64,000 nt of DNA from an uncultured Chitinophagaceae bacterium (GCA_964384415.1 CAYLMV010000004.1:6103-70102); one strand, 5' to 3'. Positions 8,718-18,767 are shown, counted from the first letter of the stretch. Translations and numbers: made by a program. The notes: generated by a model not told the origin, from the letters alone.

Positions 8718-10093
8718 AGAATCGCTTCAACGCACATCTTGGTGTTTGGTGCCTCCTTCTCCTTGTCCATTCGTCGTGGTCCCAGACGACTTCAACGACG
8801 GGTCCCTTCATTGATACCCTTCAGAATCGCACGATACAGTGGTTCCTCGATGTCACGCCGCGGGAAACCGGATTCACGCCGGACCGGTGGCCCACGCCGT
8901 CGCCGTCGAGCATCGCCGCTGTAGGGTTTGCACTGACGACGTATCCGATTGCTGTCGATCGAAAGCTCATCACCAGGAACGATGCTGCGGCCCGCACTCT
9001 CAATACGCTCCGTCATTTGTGGAACCTGCCGCAAAGCGCAAGCGCCGATGCAACCTCCGGCTACAAAGGCTTCTTCTATCACTTCATCGACACGAAGACG
9101 GGACTTCGCGCGTGGAACTGTGAACTTTCGACGATCGATACAGGCATCCTGATGGCCGGCGTTATTTTTGCCCAGTCGTTTTTTGACCGGAACGATCGTC
9201 AAGAAAAAGAGATACGAGCCATGGCCGATTCCTTGTTTCAAAGGGTCGACTGGCAATGGGCGATGAACGGTCAAAAGGGAGTCGTGATGGGATGGACGCC
9301 CGAAGAAGGATTCCATCATTCCATATGGCACGGCTATAATGAAGCCATGATCCTGTATGTTCTTGCTCTTGGATCTCCAACACATCCGGTTCCGGAGACT
9401 GCATGGAATGCCTGGACCAGCACCTATTTGTGGGCTGACTATTACGGCCAGGCTCACGTCGCCTTCATGCCTCTCTTCGGGCACCAATACTCGCAGGCAT
9501 GGATAGATTACAGGGGAATCAAAGATTCATACATGCAGAAGAAAGGGATCGATTATTTTGAGAATTCTCGCCGCGCGACGTACGTTCACCGGGAATATGC
9601 GCGAAAGAATCCGAATCACTGGATCGGTTATTCCGATTCCGTGTGGGGCATGACCGCGTGCGATGGACCACTGGATACGACGATGACTGTGGAAGGGCGC
9701 AGCCGGCTGTTTCGTTCATATTCAGCCCGCGGAACCGGAGCTGAAGAGGAGGTTGATGATGGAACGCTTTCACCCTGTGCGGCGGCCGGGTCCATTCCGT
9801 TTGCCCCGGAAATTTGTATTCCAGCACTCACGGCGATGAAAAATGTGTACGGTGACAAACTTTGGACGCGCTACGGTTTTGTCGATGCGTTTAATCCTAC
9901 CTTTCTTACTCCTTCGACTCCCGGCGGCTGGTTTGATCATGACTACCTCGGCATTGACCAGGGGCCCATCGTTCTGATGATTGAAAATTATCGAACTGGC
10001 TTCGTATGGGAAGTCATGAAGAAGAATCATTATATTGTGACCGGCTTGAAAAGAGCAGGGTTTACGGGCGGATGGCTGGAAACAAAGAAATAG
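8714..10093 (+). CDS. GH144-like endo-beta-1,2-glucanase paralogue, signal peptide but no T9SS domain (periplasmic)
   Basis: It shares blocks with the upstream paralogue: ELSTIDTGILMAG, LALGSPTHP, FGHQYSQAWIDYR, YFENSRRAT, DDGTLSPCAA and GIDQGPIVLMIENYRTG. Signal peptide MKNRFNAHLGVWCLLLLVHSSWSQ. Its start overlaps the previous stop by 4 bp (ATGA). Confidence 0.75.
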   Translation: MKNRFNAHLGVWCLLLLVHSSWSQTTSTTGPFIDTLQNRTIQWFLDVTPRETGFTPDRWPTPSPSSIAAVGFALTTYPIAVDRKLITRNDAAARTLNTLRHLWNLPQSASADATSGYKGFFYHFIDTKTGLRAWNCELSTIDTGILMAGVIFAQSFFDRNDRQEKEIRAMADSLFQRVDWQWAMNGQKGVVMGWTPEEGFHHSIWHGYNEAMILYVLALGSPTHPVPETAWNAWTSTYLWADYYGQAHVAFMPLFGHQYSQAWIDYRGIKDSYMQKKGIDYFENSRRATYVHREYARKNPNHWIGYSDSVWGMTACDGPLDTTMTVEGRSRLFRSYSARGTGAEEEVDDGTLSPCAAAGSIPFAPEICIPALTAMKNVYGDKLWTRYGFVDAFNPTFLTPSTPGGWFDHDYLGIDQGPIVLMIENYRTGFVWEVMKKNHYIVTGLKRAGFTGGWLETKK

Positions 10094-10229
10094 CTTTTTC
10101 CTCCCTTTTCCTGATTGACGAACCGAAAGCGCATTGCACCTCTCGCTGAGGCTTCTTCATACCTGATGTCGATCAACTTTCTTTCACCATTGAAACGGCT
10201 GAGAGCCGATTTGTCAGACAAATTGTCGA

Positions 10230-12038
10230 ATGAGGCTAAAACTGATCATGGAAAAAATCTCCTCTGTGAGCGCTGGAAGACTGCCGCTCTTCGTGCTCAT
10301 CTTTTTCCTGATGCTCATGGCAGCGAGAGAATCTCTACAGGCCCAGCCGTCGGCCATTACCACCTACTGCAATCCGATCGACATCAACTATCAATACAAC
10401 TTCGAGCAGATCAACGAAAACATATCATACCGCTCCGGCGCCGACCCGGTGATCGTGAACCACAACGGTGAGTATTATCTCTTCGTGACAAATTCGGGGG
10501 GTTGGTGGCATTCAAAGGATCTGCTCCGCTGGGAATATGTTGTGCCGGACAAATGGCCGATGGAAGATATCTGTGCGCCGGCCGCATTGTCGGTCCGCGA
10601 TACGCTTTATTTATTCCAATCCACTTTCATTCCGCGGCCGATCCTGTTTAGCACCAAACCTGAAACGGGACACCTTCAGTTCTTCAACCGGCTTATGCCT
10701 GATCTTCCGGACTCCGTCAAGGGTCCATGGGACCCGGATATTTTCTGGGATGCGGAAAAAGATCGGTGGTACCTCTATTGGGGCTCCTCAAATCTCTATC
10801 CCATTTACGGCATCGAGCTGGACCATCACAACCGGTTGGTGTACAGCGGAAAACCAAAGGAACTGATCTATCTGCATCCCGAGCGCCACGGATGGGAAAG
10901 ATTCGGTCAGGACCACACTGGGACGATCAATCCCTATGTGGAAGGGGCCTGGATGACCAAACATGAGGGCAAGTATTATCTCCAGTATGCGGCTCCCGGA
11001 ACGGAATACAACGTGTATGCAAACGGTACGTATATTGGAGACGATCCTCTCGGTCCCTTCACCTACGCTCCCTATAATCCCGTCTCCTACAAACCAGGGG
11101 GTTTTATGGCGGGGGCGGGCCACGGAAACACGTTCCAAGACAACTACGGCAATTACTGGAACACCGGAACGCCCTGGATCGGATTCAACTGGACCTTCGA
11201 GCGCCGCATCGCGATGTTCCCGACTGGTTTCGATTCCGACGGCCAGATGTACGCCAATACTCGCTTTGGAGATTTTCCGCAAACGTTGCCGAAGTCACGC
11301 TGGACAAAAAGCGATGATCTGTTTGCCGGCTGGATGCTGCTCTCATACAAGAAACCCGTCGCCGCCTCGTCCGCTCGCGATACCTTTTATGCCAGCTGCG
11401 TCACTGACGAGAATCCGCGGACGTTCTGGGTGGCCGCCGCAAACTCACCGGCCGAATGGCTTGCGATCGATCTTGGGCATGTTGACGACATCAAAGCAGT
11501 GCAAGTGAATTATGCCGATTACAAATCGAATATTTTTTCGAGCGATTCGACGATCTACACGCGATTCACAATCTCATCCTCTGTCGACGGAAAAGAGTGG
11601 AGAACAATCGCCGATCTTTCGAAAGAAAATCGAGATCGCCCGAATGCCTACATTGAGTTGCCGTCGACGGTGAAAGCGCGGTACATTCGATACAATCATC
11701 TCTACGTTGCGTCCCCCAATCTTGCCATCAGCGATATTCGTGTCTTCGGATACGGCGGCGAGCGGCTTCCCGATCCGCCTGCAGGCTTCTCCGTTCGCAG
11801 GGAAACGGACAGGCGGAATGCGATTGTTCAATGGAAGGGAGTTCCGGGGGCCGTTGGCTACAACATTCGCTGGGGGATACGGAGAGACAGACTGTATGAA
11901 ACGTACCAGGTTTTTGCAGACATGGAGACGAAACTCGAAATCCGGGCGCTCACCACTGAACAAGGATATTACTTTGCCGTTGAGACCTTTAATGAAAGGG
12001 GAGTCTCGGCGCTCAGTGAGGTCGCAGTTTGTCCCTAG
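10230..12038 (+). CDS. GH43-like beta-propeller glycoside hydrolase with C-terminal F5/8 type C (discoidin/CBM32-like) and Fn3-like domains
   Basis: ADPVIVNHNGEYYLFVTNSGGWWHSKDLLRWEYV and YVEGAWMTKHEGKYYLQYAAPG are GH43-type propeller blades. FWVAAANSPAEWLAIDLGHVDDIKAVQVNY is discoidin-like. There is a signal peptide. An alternative ATG lies at 10248. Confidence 0.65.
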   Translation: MRLKLIMEKISSVSAGRLPLFVLIFFLMLMAARESLQAQPSAITTYCNPIDINYQYNFEQINENISYRSGADPVIVNHNGEYYLFVTNSGGWWHSKDLLRWEYVVPDKWPMEDICAPAALSVRDTLYLFQSTFIPRPILFSTKPETGHLQFFNRLMPDLPDSVKGPWDPDIFWDAEKDRWYLYWGSSNLYPIYGIELDHHNRLVYSGKPKELIYLHPERHGWERFGQDHTGTINPYVEGAWMTKHEGKYYLQYAAPGTEYNVYANGTYIGDDPLGPFTYAPYNPVSYKPGGFMAGAGHGNTFQDNYGNYWNTGTPWIGFNWTFERRIAMFPTGFDSDGQMYANTRFGDFPQTLPKSRWTKSDDLFAGWMLLSYKKPVAASSARDTFYASCVTDENPRTFWVAAANSPAEWLAIDLGHVDDIKAVQVNYADYKSNIFSSDSTIYTRFTISSSVDGKEWRTIADLSKENRDRPNAYIELPSTVKARYIRYNHLYVASPNLAISDIRVFGYGGERLPDPPAGFSVRRETDRRNAIVQWKGVPGAVGYNIRWGIRRDRLYETYQVFADMETKLEIRALTTEQGYYFAVETFNERGVSALSEVAVCP

Positions 12039-12156
12039 GTATCGCCGGCTCGGCGGCGGAAAATCATTGGGCTTGTGTTGAGCATCCTCTCACACCCCAG
12101 ATGCTGAAGATGGTTCGCTCAATCAGATTGACTCAAACGGAATAGGAGAAAATGGA

Positions 12157-14277
12157 ATGAGTTTTACTGCGGCAAAAGGGTACTTTCTAAAAGACGGCAA
12201 GCCCTATTTTGTAATTTCCGGAGAGGTCCATTATTTCAGGCTCGATCCGCGGCTTTGGGAGAAACATCTCATTCTGCTGAAAAAGGCGGGCGCGAACACG
12301 ACATCGACATACATTCCGTGGGACTGGCATGAAGTCGAGGAGGGGAGATTTGATTTTTCTGGAGACACGCATCCCGCCAGAAACCTTTTGAAATACTTCG
12401 AGCTCTGCAAAAAAGTCGGATTGCAGCTCATCGTAAAGCCGGGTCCATACATTCTTGCGGAATATGAATCGCACGGCCTCCCCGGATGGCTTCTGAGCCG
12501 GTGCGGGAAGAATGGTCACGCGCAGGATGAAAACGGAAATGTGATCTCGCCCGACCTCATGTCGTACATGTCCGAGGAGTTCCTCCATTATACTTTTCTC
12601 TGGTATGATAAGATCATGCCCATCATACGCGGATACCAGGAAAGCAACGGCGGCCCGATTTCGATGATACAGGTGTGCAACGAGGTGGGCGTGTTCCAGT
12701 GGCTTTCGGGTAAAATCGATTACAATCAGTCGGTCATCAGATTATACAGAGATTTTCTGCAAGGGAAGTACCCGGCGATTGCAGAAATGAACCGGACGTA
12801 CGGGACCCGTTATGCCTCATTCGACGACGTAGTCGCTCCGAGGGGAAAAATCGAAAACAGACAGGAATATTGCGCGTACTATGACTTTCATCTTTTCTAT
12901 AGACACTACTATGCGTTGTATCTCGATACGCTCATAAAGAAAATCAAAAGCTTCGATATTTCGTTGCAGCTTACTCACAACATTCCCGGCTGGATTTACG
13001 GCAATGCCGCCGAATTGCCGATGCTCATCAGTACATATGAAGAGGTTATGAGGACGCGCTCCGATATCGTTTTTGGATTGGATCACATTCCGGAATTCGT
13101 CTCCTTTCGGAATGCGCATTCAGATCTGGCATGCAATAAGATTCTCGAAGCGATGCAGCCTTATGGACCGGTCTGGGCGGCTGAATTCCAGGCAGGGACG
13201 AGGGAACACAAAGTGAATTGCGACGCGAATGATATGGAAACGTTCTACGCCGCATCGCTGGCGCATGGATTGAAAAGCTTCAATTACTATTCGTTCTCTC
13301 AGGGGATCAATCCGAAGGGGAAAGGGTTTTTCGGGAAGACGTTTTATTTCCAGACGCCTCTCGATCCTCAGGGAGCCAAATCGCCATTATATGCAGTCAT
13401 CAAGAAAATAGACAAGTTCATCAATCGCGAAAAAGATCATCTGTTGCTCAGCAAAACCAGGGCGGATATTTGCGTGGGATTTTACAAACCGTATTTTTAT
13501 ACCGAGATGACGACATCTCAACTCCTCAAAGAGCGCAGACTGCAGGTAGAAAAACTGGGCCTTTCGCTTGATCCCAGATTTATTCGCGAAGAGCTCTTCT
13601 TTAACGGACTGTTGCGTGGCCTTCAGACGCTGAACTTCAATTATGATATCCATGACTTGCAGACGAATGGACATGACGTATTGATGAAGTATAAACAACT
13701 ATGGGTGGTGACGACTGAATTCATGGATAGCGCCACCCAGAGCCTCCTCGTCCAATACGTGAAGAAGGGGGGCCATCTGGTGATCTATCCGGCGATACCG
13801 ACGTATGATACGTATCTGAATCCCTGCACGATCCTCAGGGATGAACTGGATCTTCCTTTTGCCAAGTCGATGAGTTCCAATAAGGTTGATGCCTTTGATA
13901 TTGAGGACGTTTTTACTTTATTGAAGGAAAAGCAGGTCTTTCGGGCGGAAGGCGGAGAGGCAGTCTCGAAAACGAAGCGGGGAGAAGTATGCGGTCTCCG
14001 GAAAAAAGTTGACAGCGGCGTGGTCACAGCGCTTGGATACGCCTTCGGATACACCACGGACGAGCATCTGCAGCTGTATGAAAGAATTGTAGGTTCTGAA
14101 AAAATCAAAAAAGGGGCGAAAGTTTCTGACCCTGAAATCCAATTTGTCATCCGAAAAGGGAAGAAATATTCGTACTTGTTTTTACTGAACTACCACAACG
14201 AAAAGAAGAAATTCACAGTCGATTCGAAACAATTCACACTCCCTCCTCTATCGTGCAAGATCATCAAGAGGAAATAG
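12157..14277 (+). CDS. GH35-family protein, cytoplasmic (beta-galactosidase-like fold; possibly a beta-1,2-glucosyltransferase, see findings)
   Basis: The GH35 N-terminal pattern is FLKDGKPYFVISGEVHYFRLDPRLWEKHLILLKKAGANTTSTYIPWDWHE. The acid/base region is MIQVCNEVG and the nucleophile region is PVWAAEFQAG. There is no signal peptide. Confidence 0.7.
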   Translation: MSFTAAKGYFLKDGKPYFVISGEVHYFRLDPRLWEKHLILLKKAGANTTSTYIPWDWHEVEEGRFDFSGDTHPARNLLKYFELCKKVGLQLIVKPGPYILAEYESHGLPGWLLSRCGKNGHAQDENGNVISPDLMSYMSEEFLHYTFLWYDKIMPIIRGYQESNGGPISMIQVCNEVGVFQWLSGKIDYNQSVIRLYRDFLQGKYPAIAEMNRTYGTRYASFDDVVAPRGKIENRQEYCAYYDFHLFYRHYYALYLDTLIKKIKSFDISLQLTHNIPGWIYGNAAELPMLISTYEEVMRTRSDIVFGLDHIPEFVSFRNAHSDLACNKILEAMQPYGPVWAAEFQAGTREHKVNCDANDMETFYAASLAHGLKSFNYYSFSQGINPKGKGFFGKTFYFQTPLDPQGAKSPLYAVIKKIDKFINREKDHLLLSKTRADICVGFYKPYFYTEMTTSQLLKERRLQVEKLGLSLDPRFIREELFFNGLLRGLQTLNFNYDIHDLQTNGHDVLMKYKQLWVVTTEFMDSATQSLLVQYVKKGGHLVIYPAIPTYDTYLNPCTILRDELDLPFAKSMSSNKVDAFDIEDVFTLLKEKQVFRAEGGEAVSKTKRGEVCGLRKKVDSGVVTALGYAFGYTTDEHLQLYERIVGSEKIKKGAKVSDPEIQFVIRKGKKYSYLFLLNYHNEKKKFTVDSKQFTLPPLSCKIIKRK

Positions 14278-14351
14278 GAAAAGTGGTCAGCGTGCTTAGC
14301 ACGCCGATCTGATCCCGTAATACTGCTCATCTCACATACTCTCACTGCGCA

Positions 14352-16562
14352 ATGAAATCATTCCGGACAATTACCCTCGCGGGCATTCTCTTCAGCACAA
14401 TTGCAGTTTCCCAGAATCAGGCCACCGAGGCGAAAATCGATTCACTTCTGAAACGAATGACCCTTGATGAAAAGCTCGGCCAACTGAATCAGGTGATCGG
14501 CACGCATGCTCCCGGCAGTGATGAACGGATAAGCGAGGAGCAAGTGGAGCTGCTGCGCAAGGGGAAGATCGGTTCGTTCCTTGGAATCATCGGAGCAAAA
14601 GAAACTGGGAGGATCCAACATATCGCTGTTGAGAAGTCCCGGCTCCACATCCCTCTTTTGTTCGGACTCGATGTGATCCATGGATACAGAACAGTCTTCC
14701 CGATTCCTCTCGCTGAGGCAAGCACATGGAATCCGTCCCTCATTGAACAAGAAGCACACGCGGCCGCTTCCGAAGCGTCAGCCGCCGGAATCCACTGGAC
14801 CTTTGCGCCGATGGTGGATATTGCCCGCGATCCCAGATGGGGTAGGATTGCAGAGGGAGCAGGGGAAGATCCTTGTCTGGGATCTGCCATGTCTGCTGCC
14901 CGTGTCCGCGGATTTCAGGGAAATGATGTGCGCGAACAAGGGAGGCTTCTTGCGTGCGCGAAACACTTTGCGGCATACGGCGCCGCCGAGGCCGGAAGAG
15001 ATTACAACACCGTCGATGTTTCTGAACGGACGTTGCGCGAGATCTATTTGCCGCCGTTCAAAGCCGCGGTCGATGCAGGCGCGTGGACCCTTATGAGCGC
15101 TTTTGACGACATCGGAGGGATACCGAGTTCGGCTCATCGCTGGCTGCTCACCGACGTGTTGCGCGGAGAATGGGGCTTCAAGGGATTTGTGGTGAGCGAT
15201 TGGGAGGCTATCGGCGAATTGTTGAATCATAGGATTGCAGGTTCTCGGGCGGAGGCCGGCGTCCTTGCCCTCGGCGCCGGAGTCGATATGGACATGGTGA
15301 GCGAAATCTATGAAAATGAAATGCCCGACGCAGTCCGCTCCGGATTGCTTTCAGAAGATTTCGTCAACCTCTCGGTTCGCCGAGTGTTGAGGGCGAAGTA
15401 TGCATATGGTTTGTTCGAAAATCCATACCGCAATTGCGACACGTTGAAAGAAAAGAGGGAGATGTTGACGCCGGAACACCTTGCGCTTGCCCGGACGATT
15501 GCGCAGCAATCAATTGTGCTGCTGAAGAATGAGAAGGGCGCGCTTCCTCTCGATAGGTCAGTCGGGACAATTGCGTTGATCGGACCTCTCGCCGATAACA
15601 AAGTTGACCCTCTCGGTCCCTGGGATGGCGTTGGGCGGCCGGAGGATGTCGTCACCGTTCTCGAAGGAATGAAAAAAGCTGTTGGTTCTCATGCAAAAAT
15701 CCTCTATGCCAAGGGATGTGATGTAACGGGAGACTCTGCCGATTTTGCGGCGGCATTGCGCGCGGCACGGCAATCGGATGTTATCGTAGCGGTCCTTGGA
15801 GAAGATCGGGACATGACCGGTGAGGCTTCAAGTCGTTCAATCCTCGACCTTCCGGGGAAAGAATCCGAGTTGCTCGCTGCGCTCCGCGAAACACGAAAGC
15901 CCATCGTCCTTGTCCTCATGAACGGACGTCCGCTTGTCCTCACGTCGGTTTCGGAAAATGCAGATGCGATTGTCGAGGCATGGTTTCTTGGAGTTGAATC
16001 GGGCAATGCGCTTGCGGATATTTTATTTGGAGCCGTAAGTCCGAGCGGTAAACTGCCGGTGACTTTCCCCCGCAACGTCGGCCAGATTCCGTTATACTAC
16101 AATCACAGGAGCACCGGGCGACCGATTGTGGACTCCGATCGCTTCACTTCCCGGTATCTCGACGTTCCAAACACACCCCTTTATGTATTTGGGTACGGCC
16201 TGTCGTACGCCAGTTTCAAATATACCAACCTTCGCCTTTCTTCGGCCTCCATCGCCAGGAAGCAAAGCATCAGAGCGACCGTCGATGTGGAGAATACCGG
16301 CAAATGCGCAGCGGATGAAATTGTCCAGCTCTACATCGAAGACGAGGTGGCGAGTGTTGCCCGTCCGGTCGAAGAGTTGAAGGGATTCAGGAGGATGACC
16401 CTGCGCCCCGGGGAGAAGCAATCTGTCGAGTTCATCATAACGCCCGATGATCTTTCATTCTATGATCAGTCGATGCATAAGGTCATTGAGCCGGGAGGGT
16501 TCAAAGTTTTTGTCGGCGGAAATTCTGTCGACGTTCTGGAGACCAGGTTCGTGGTTCAATAA
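14352..16562 (+). CDS. bglX: GH3 beta-glucosidase (BglX-type), periplasmic
   Basis: Signal peptide, then MTLDEKLGQLNQ, the GFVVSDWEAI nucleophile motif, and a C-terminal Fn3-like domain. At 736 aa it is typical of BglX. Confidence 0.85.
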   Translation: MKSFRTITLAGILFSTIAVSQNQATEAKIDSLLKRMTLDEKLGQLNQVIGTHAPGSDERISEEQVELLRKGKIGSFLGIIGAKETGRIQHIAVEKSRLHIPLLFGLDVIHGYRTVFPIPLAEASTWNPSLIEQEAHAAASEASAAGIHWTFAPMVDIARDPRWGRIAEGAGEDPCLGSAMSAARVRGFQGNDVREQGRLLACAKHFAAYGAAEAGRDYNTVDVSERTLREIYLPPFKAAVDAGAWTLMSAFDDIGGIPSSAHRWLLTDVLRGEWGFKGFVVSDWEAIGELLNHRIAGSRAEAGVLALGAGVDMDMVSEIYENEMPDAVRSGLLSEDFVNLSVRRVLRAKYAYGLFENPYRNCDTLKEKREMLTPEHLALARTIAQQSIVLLKNEKGALPLDRSVGTIALIGPLADNKVDPLGPWDGVGRPEDVVTVLEGMKKAVGSHAKILYAKGCDVTGDSADFAAALRAARQSDVIVAVLGEDRDMTGEASSRSILDLPGKESELLAALRETRKPIVLVLMNGRPLVLTSVSENADAIVEAWFLGVESGNALADILFGAVSPSGKLPVTFPRNVGQIPLYYNHRSTGRPIVDSDRFTSRYLDVPNTPLYVFGYGLSYASFKYTNLRLSSASIARKQSIRATVDVENTGKCAADEIVQLYIEDEVASVARPVEELKGFRRMTLRPGEKQSVEFIITPDDLSFYDQSMHKVIEPGGFKVFVGGNSVDVLETRFVVQ

Positions 16563-16563
16563 G

Positions 16564-17865
16564 ATGGCGCACGCCGTGAAACACTATCTCCGCATGTTAA
16601 CGGTATTCCTTCTTGCGAGTATGTCCGGCGTGAGATGCCGCTCCTCGTCCGATGCATCGGAGACGATCAAATTCTGGGCGATGGGAAATGAGGGCGAAAT
16701 GGTCCGCCAGCTCATTCCGGAGTTTGAACGGTTGAACCCGAATATCCATGTTGTTGTCCAGCAGATCCCGTGGACTGCAGCGCACGAGAAACTGCTCACC
16801 GCCTTCGCCGGCGAATCGACTCCCGACGTGTGTCAGCTCGGGAACACGTGGCTCCCCGAGTTTTCAGTCCTCCATTCTTTGGAGCCGCTTGATCGTTTCG
16901 CGGCGCACTCCCCGAATATCCGCCTCGATGATTTTTTTGAAGGTGTCTTGAAGACGAATATCATTGATTCCGAGTTGGTCGGGATCCCCTGGTATGTCGA
17001 CACGCGCGTCATTTTTTATCGCCGGGACCTTCTGGCCGAAGCCGGGTACACCGCGGTTCCCGCAACATGGGATGAAATGCTGAAGCTGTGTAACGTGATG
17101 CAGCGCGATGCGAGAGCGAAACATATCACGCAGTATCCTTTCTTTTTGCCCACGGGTGAATGGGTTCCGGCCATTATCCTCGGGATGCAATCGGGGGGAA
17201 ACTTCCTCCGGGATGGAAATACGCGGAGCAATTTCAGCGGCCCGCAGTTCCGCAAAGCCTTCGAACTTCTTGCGCAGTTTTATCACAAGGAGTATTCCCC
17301 GGCTGGCATGCAGCTGATCACTAACATGTACAATTCATTTTCCGACGGGCTGATAACAATGTACATCACCGGCCCCTGGAACATTGGCGAATTCACACGG
17401 AGAATTTCCCCACACCTCCAGAGCGAGTGGATGACTGCGCCGCTGCCTTCAATGGATTCGACATCTCCCGGTATCTCGCTTCCTCTCGGAACAAGCCTCT
17501 CATTATTCCGGCGGAGCAGTCACAAGGAAGCAGGTTGGAAGCTTATTGAATTCCTGACGTCGCGCGATCAGTCGGTTGAATTCTACAGGATTACCGGAAA
17601 CCTTCCTCCCAGGAAATCGGCCTGGAATGATTCGTCCCTCTCTCAGAACAAGTATATTCAGGCGTTTTACAAGCAGCTGCAGCGAGTCGATCTGCTCCCT
17701 CAGGTAGCAGAGTGGGAGCAGATTGTCATCAAGCTCCAATTATACGTGGAGTATGTCGCCACGCAGACAATGACTGTCGAGGAAGCTCTACGCAAATTTG
17801 ACGGCGAAGTCGACCAGATGTTGGAGAAGCGCCGATGGCTTGCAGAGAGGGACAAACACCAATGA
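16564..17865 (+). CDS. ABC sugar transporter (CUT1) substrate-binding protein
   Basis: I re-picked the start to the ATG at 16564, just after the GH3 stop. The N-terminus MAHAVKHYLRMLTVFLLASMSG is hydrophobic. IKFWAMGNEGEMVRQLIPEFERLNPNIHVVVQQIPWTAAHEKLLTAFAG is typical of family-1 solute-binding proteins. Confidence 0.8.
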   Translation: MAHAVKHYLRMLTVFLLASMSGVRCRSSSDASETIKFWAMGNEGEMVRQLIPEFERLNPNIHVVVQQIPWTAAHEKLLTAFAGESTPDVCQLGNTWLPEFSVLHSLEPLDRFAAHSPNIRLDDFFEGVLKTNIIDSELVGIPWYVDTRVIFYRRDLLAEAGYTAVPATWDEMLKLCNVMQRDARAKHITQYPFFLPTGEWVPAIILGMQSGGNFLRDGNTRSNFSGPQFRKAFELLAQFYHKEYSPAGMQLITNMYNSFSDGLITMYITGPWNIGEFTRRISPHLQSEWMTAPLPSMDSTSPGISLPLGTSLSLFRRSSHKEAGWKLIEFLTSRDQSVEFYRITGNLPPRKSAWNDSSLSQNKYIQAFYKQLQRVDLLPQVAEWEQIVIKLQLYVEYVATQTMTVEEALRKFDGEVDQMLEKRRWLAERDKHQ

Positions 17866-18767
17866 GCGCCAAGACCGGAAAAGTTCGTCATGGAAATCAT
17901 ACAGCTGCGGCGTGGCTTTTTCTAGCCCCCGCAATGACAGCGATCGGCGTTTTTTTTGTCGTTCCGGTTCTCAGCGCCTTCATCCTGAGTCTGACAGATT
18001 TTGACATTTACGCGCTCGGCGATCTGAGCGTCGTGCGGTTCACGGGCTTCCACAACTATCTCCGCATTCTTGAAACACCTCTGTTTTGGACTGCTCTAAA
18101 GAATACTTTCTATTTCGTCCTCGTCGGCGGTCCTTTGTCGGTTGCGGCATCTCTTGGCGCCGCGCTGATGGTAAATTCTAAGCTTGCCAGATTTAAATCG
18201 TTCTTCCGGACTGTCTATTTTCTCCCCGTTGTCACCAGTCTCGTCGCCGTTGCTGTGGTGTGGCGCTATTTGTATCACCCCGCGCACGGACTGCTGAACC
18301 TCTTTCTCTCGTGGTTCGGCGTTGCGCCGATAGACTGGCTGGGCAACCCGGCGATCGCGATGCCGGCCATCATCATCCTCGCTGTGTGGAAGAATTTCGG
18401 TTACAACATGCTCATATTCATCGCGGGCCTGCAGAACATACCGGACGACCTGTACGAAGCCGCCCATATCGACGGCGCTGGGAGCTGGAGACAATTTGTC
18501 GACATCACAATACCGATGCTGGCTCCGACGACGGTATTTGTCGTGATGATTACGATTATTGGATACTTCCAGCTTTTTGCCGAGCCGTACGTCATGACGG
18601 AAGGAGGGCCGATGAATGCCACGACAAGCATTGTGCTGATGATGTATGAACAGGGATTCAGGTGGTGGAATATGGGTTTCGCCGCCGCCGTTGCGTTCGT
18701 CCTTTTTGCGGTGATCCTCTTCTTCTCGATCGTTCAGATGATCATCCAAAGGAGGCTCCAGCAATGA
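17862..18767 (+). CDS. ABC sugar transporter permease (MalF/UgpA-like)
   Basis: It has multiple transmembrane segments and the EAA loop EAAHIDGAGSWRQFVDITIPMLAP. Its start overlaps the substrate-binding-protein stop (ATGA). Confidence 0.85.
   Translation: MSAKTGKVRHGNHTAAAWLFLAPAMTAIGVFFVVPVLSAFILSLTDFDIYALGDLSVVRFTGFHNYLRILETPLFWTALKNTFYFVLVGGPLSVAASLGAALMVNSKLARFKSFFRTVYFLPVVTSLVAVAVVWRYLYHPAHGLLNLFLSWFGVAPIDWLGNPAIAMPAIIILAVWKNFGYNMLIFIAGLQNIPDDLYEAAHIDGAGSWRQFVDITIPMLAPTTVFVVMITIIGYFQLFAEPYVMTEGGPMNATTSIVLMMYEQGFRWWNMGFAAAVAFVLFAVILFFSIVQMIIQRRLQQ

Noticed and set aside
14290-14304. The GCGTGC-TTA-GCACGC hairpin after the GH35-like gene, and similar short stems after the genes ending at 33043 and 34563
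   Set aside because: The stems are only 4-6 bp and have no following T-tract. They are too weak to call as terminators.
16447-16563. The N-terminal extension of the substrate-binding-protein ORF into the GH3 gene
   Set aside because: It overlaps the GH3 C-terminus. The ATG at 16564 immediately after the GH3 stop is followed by a hydrophobic signal sequence.
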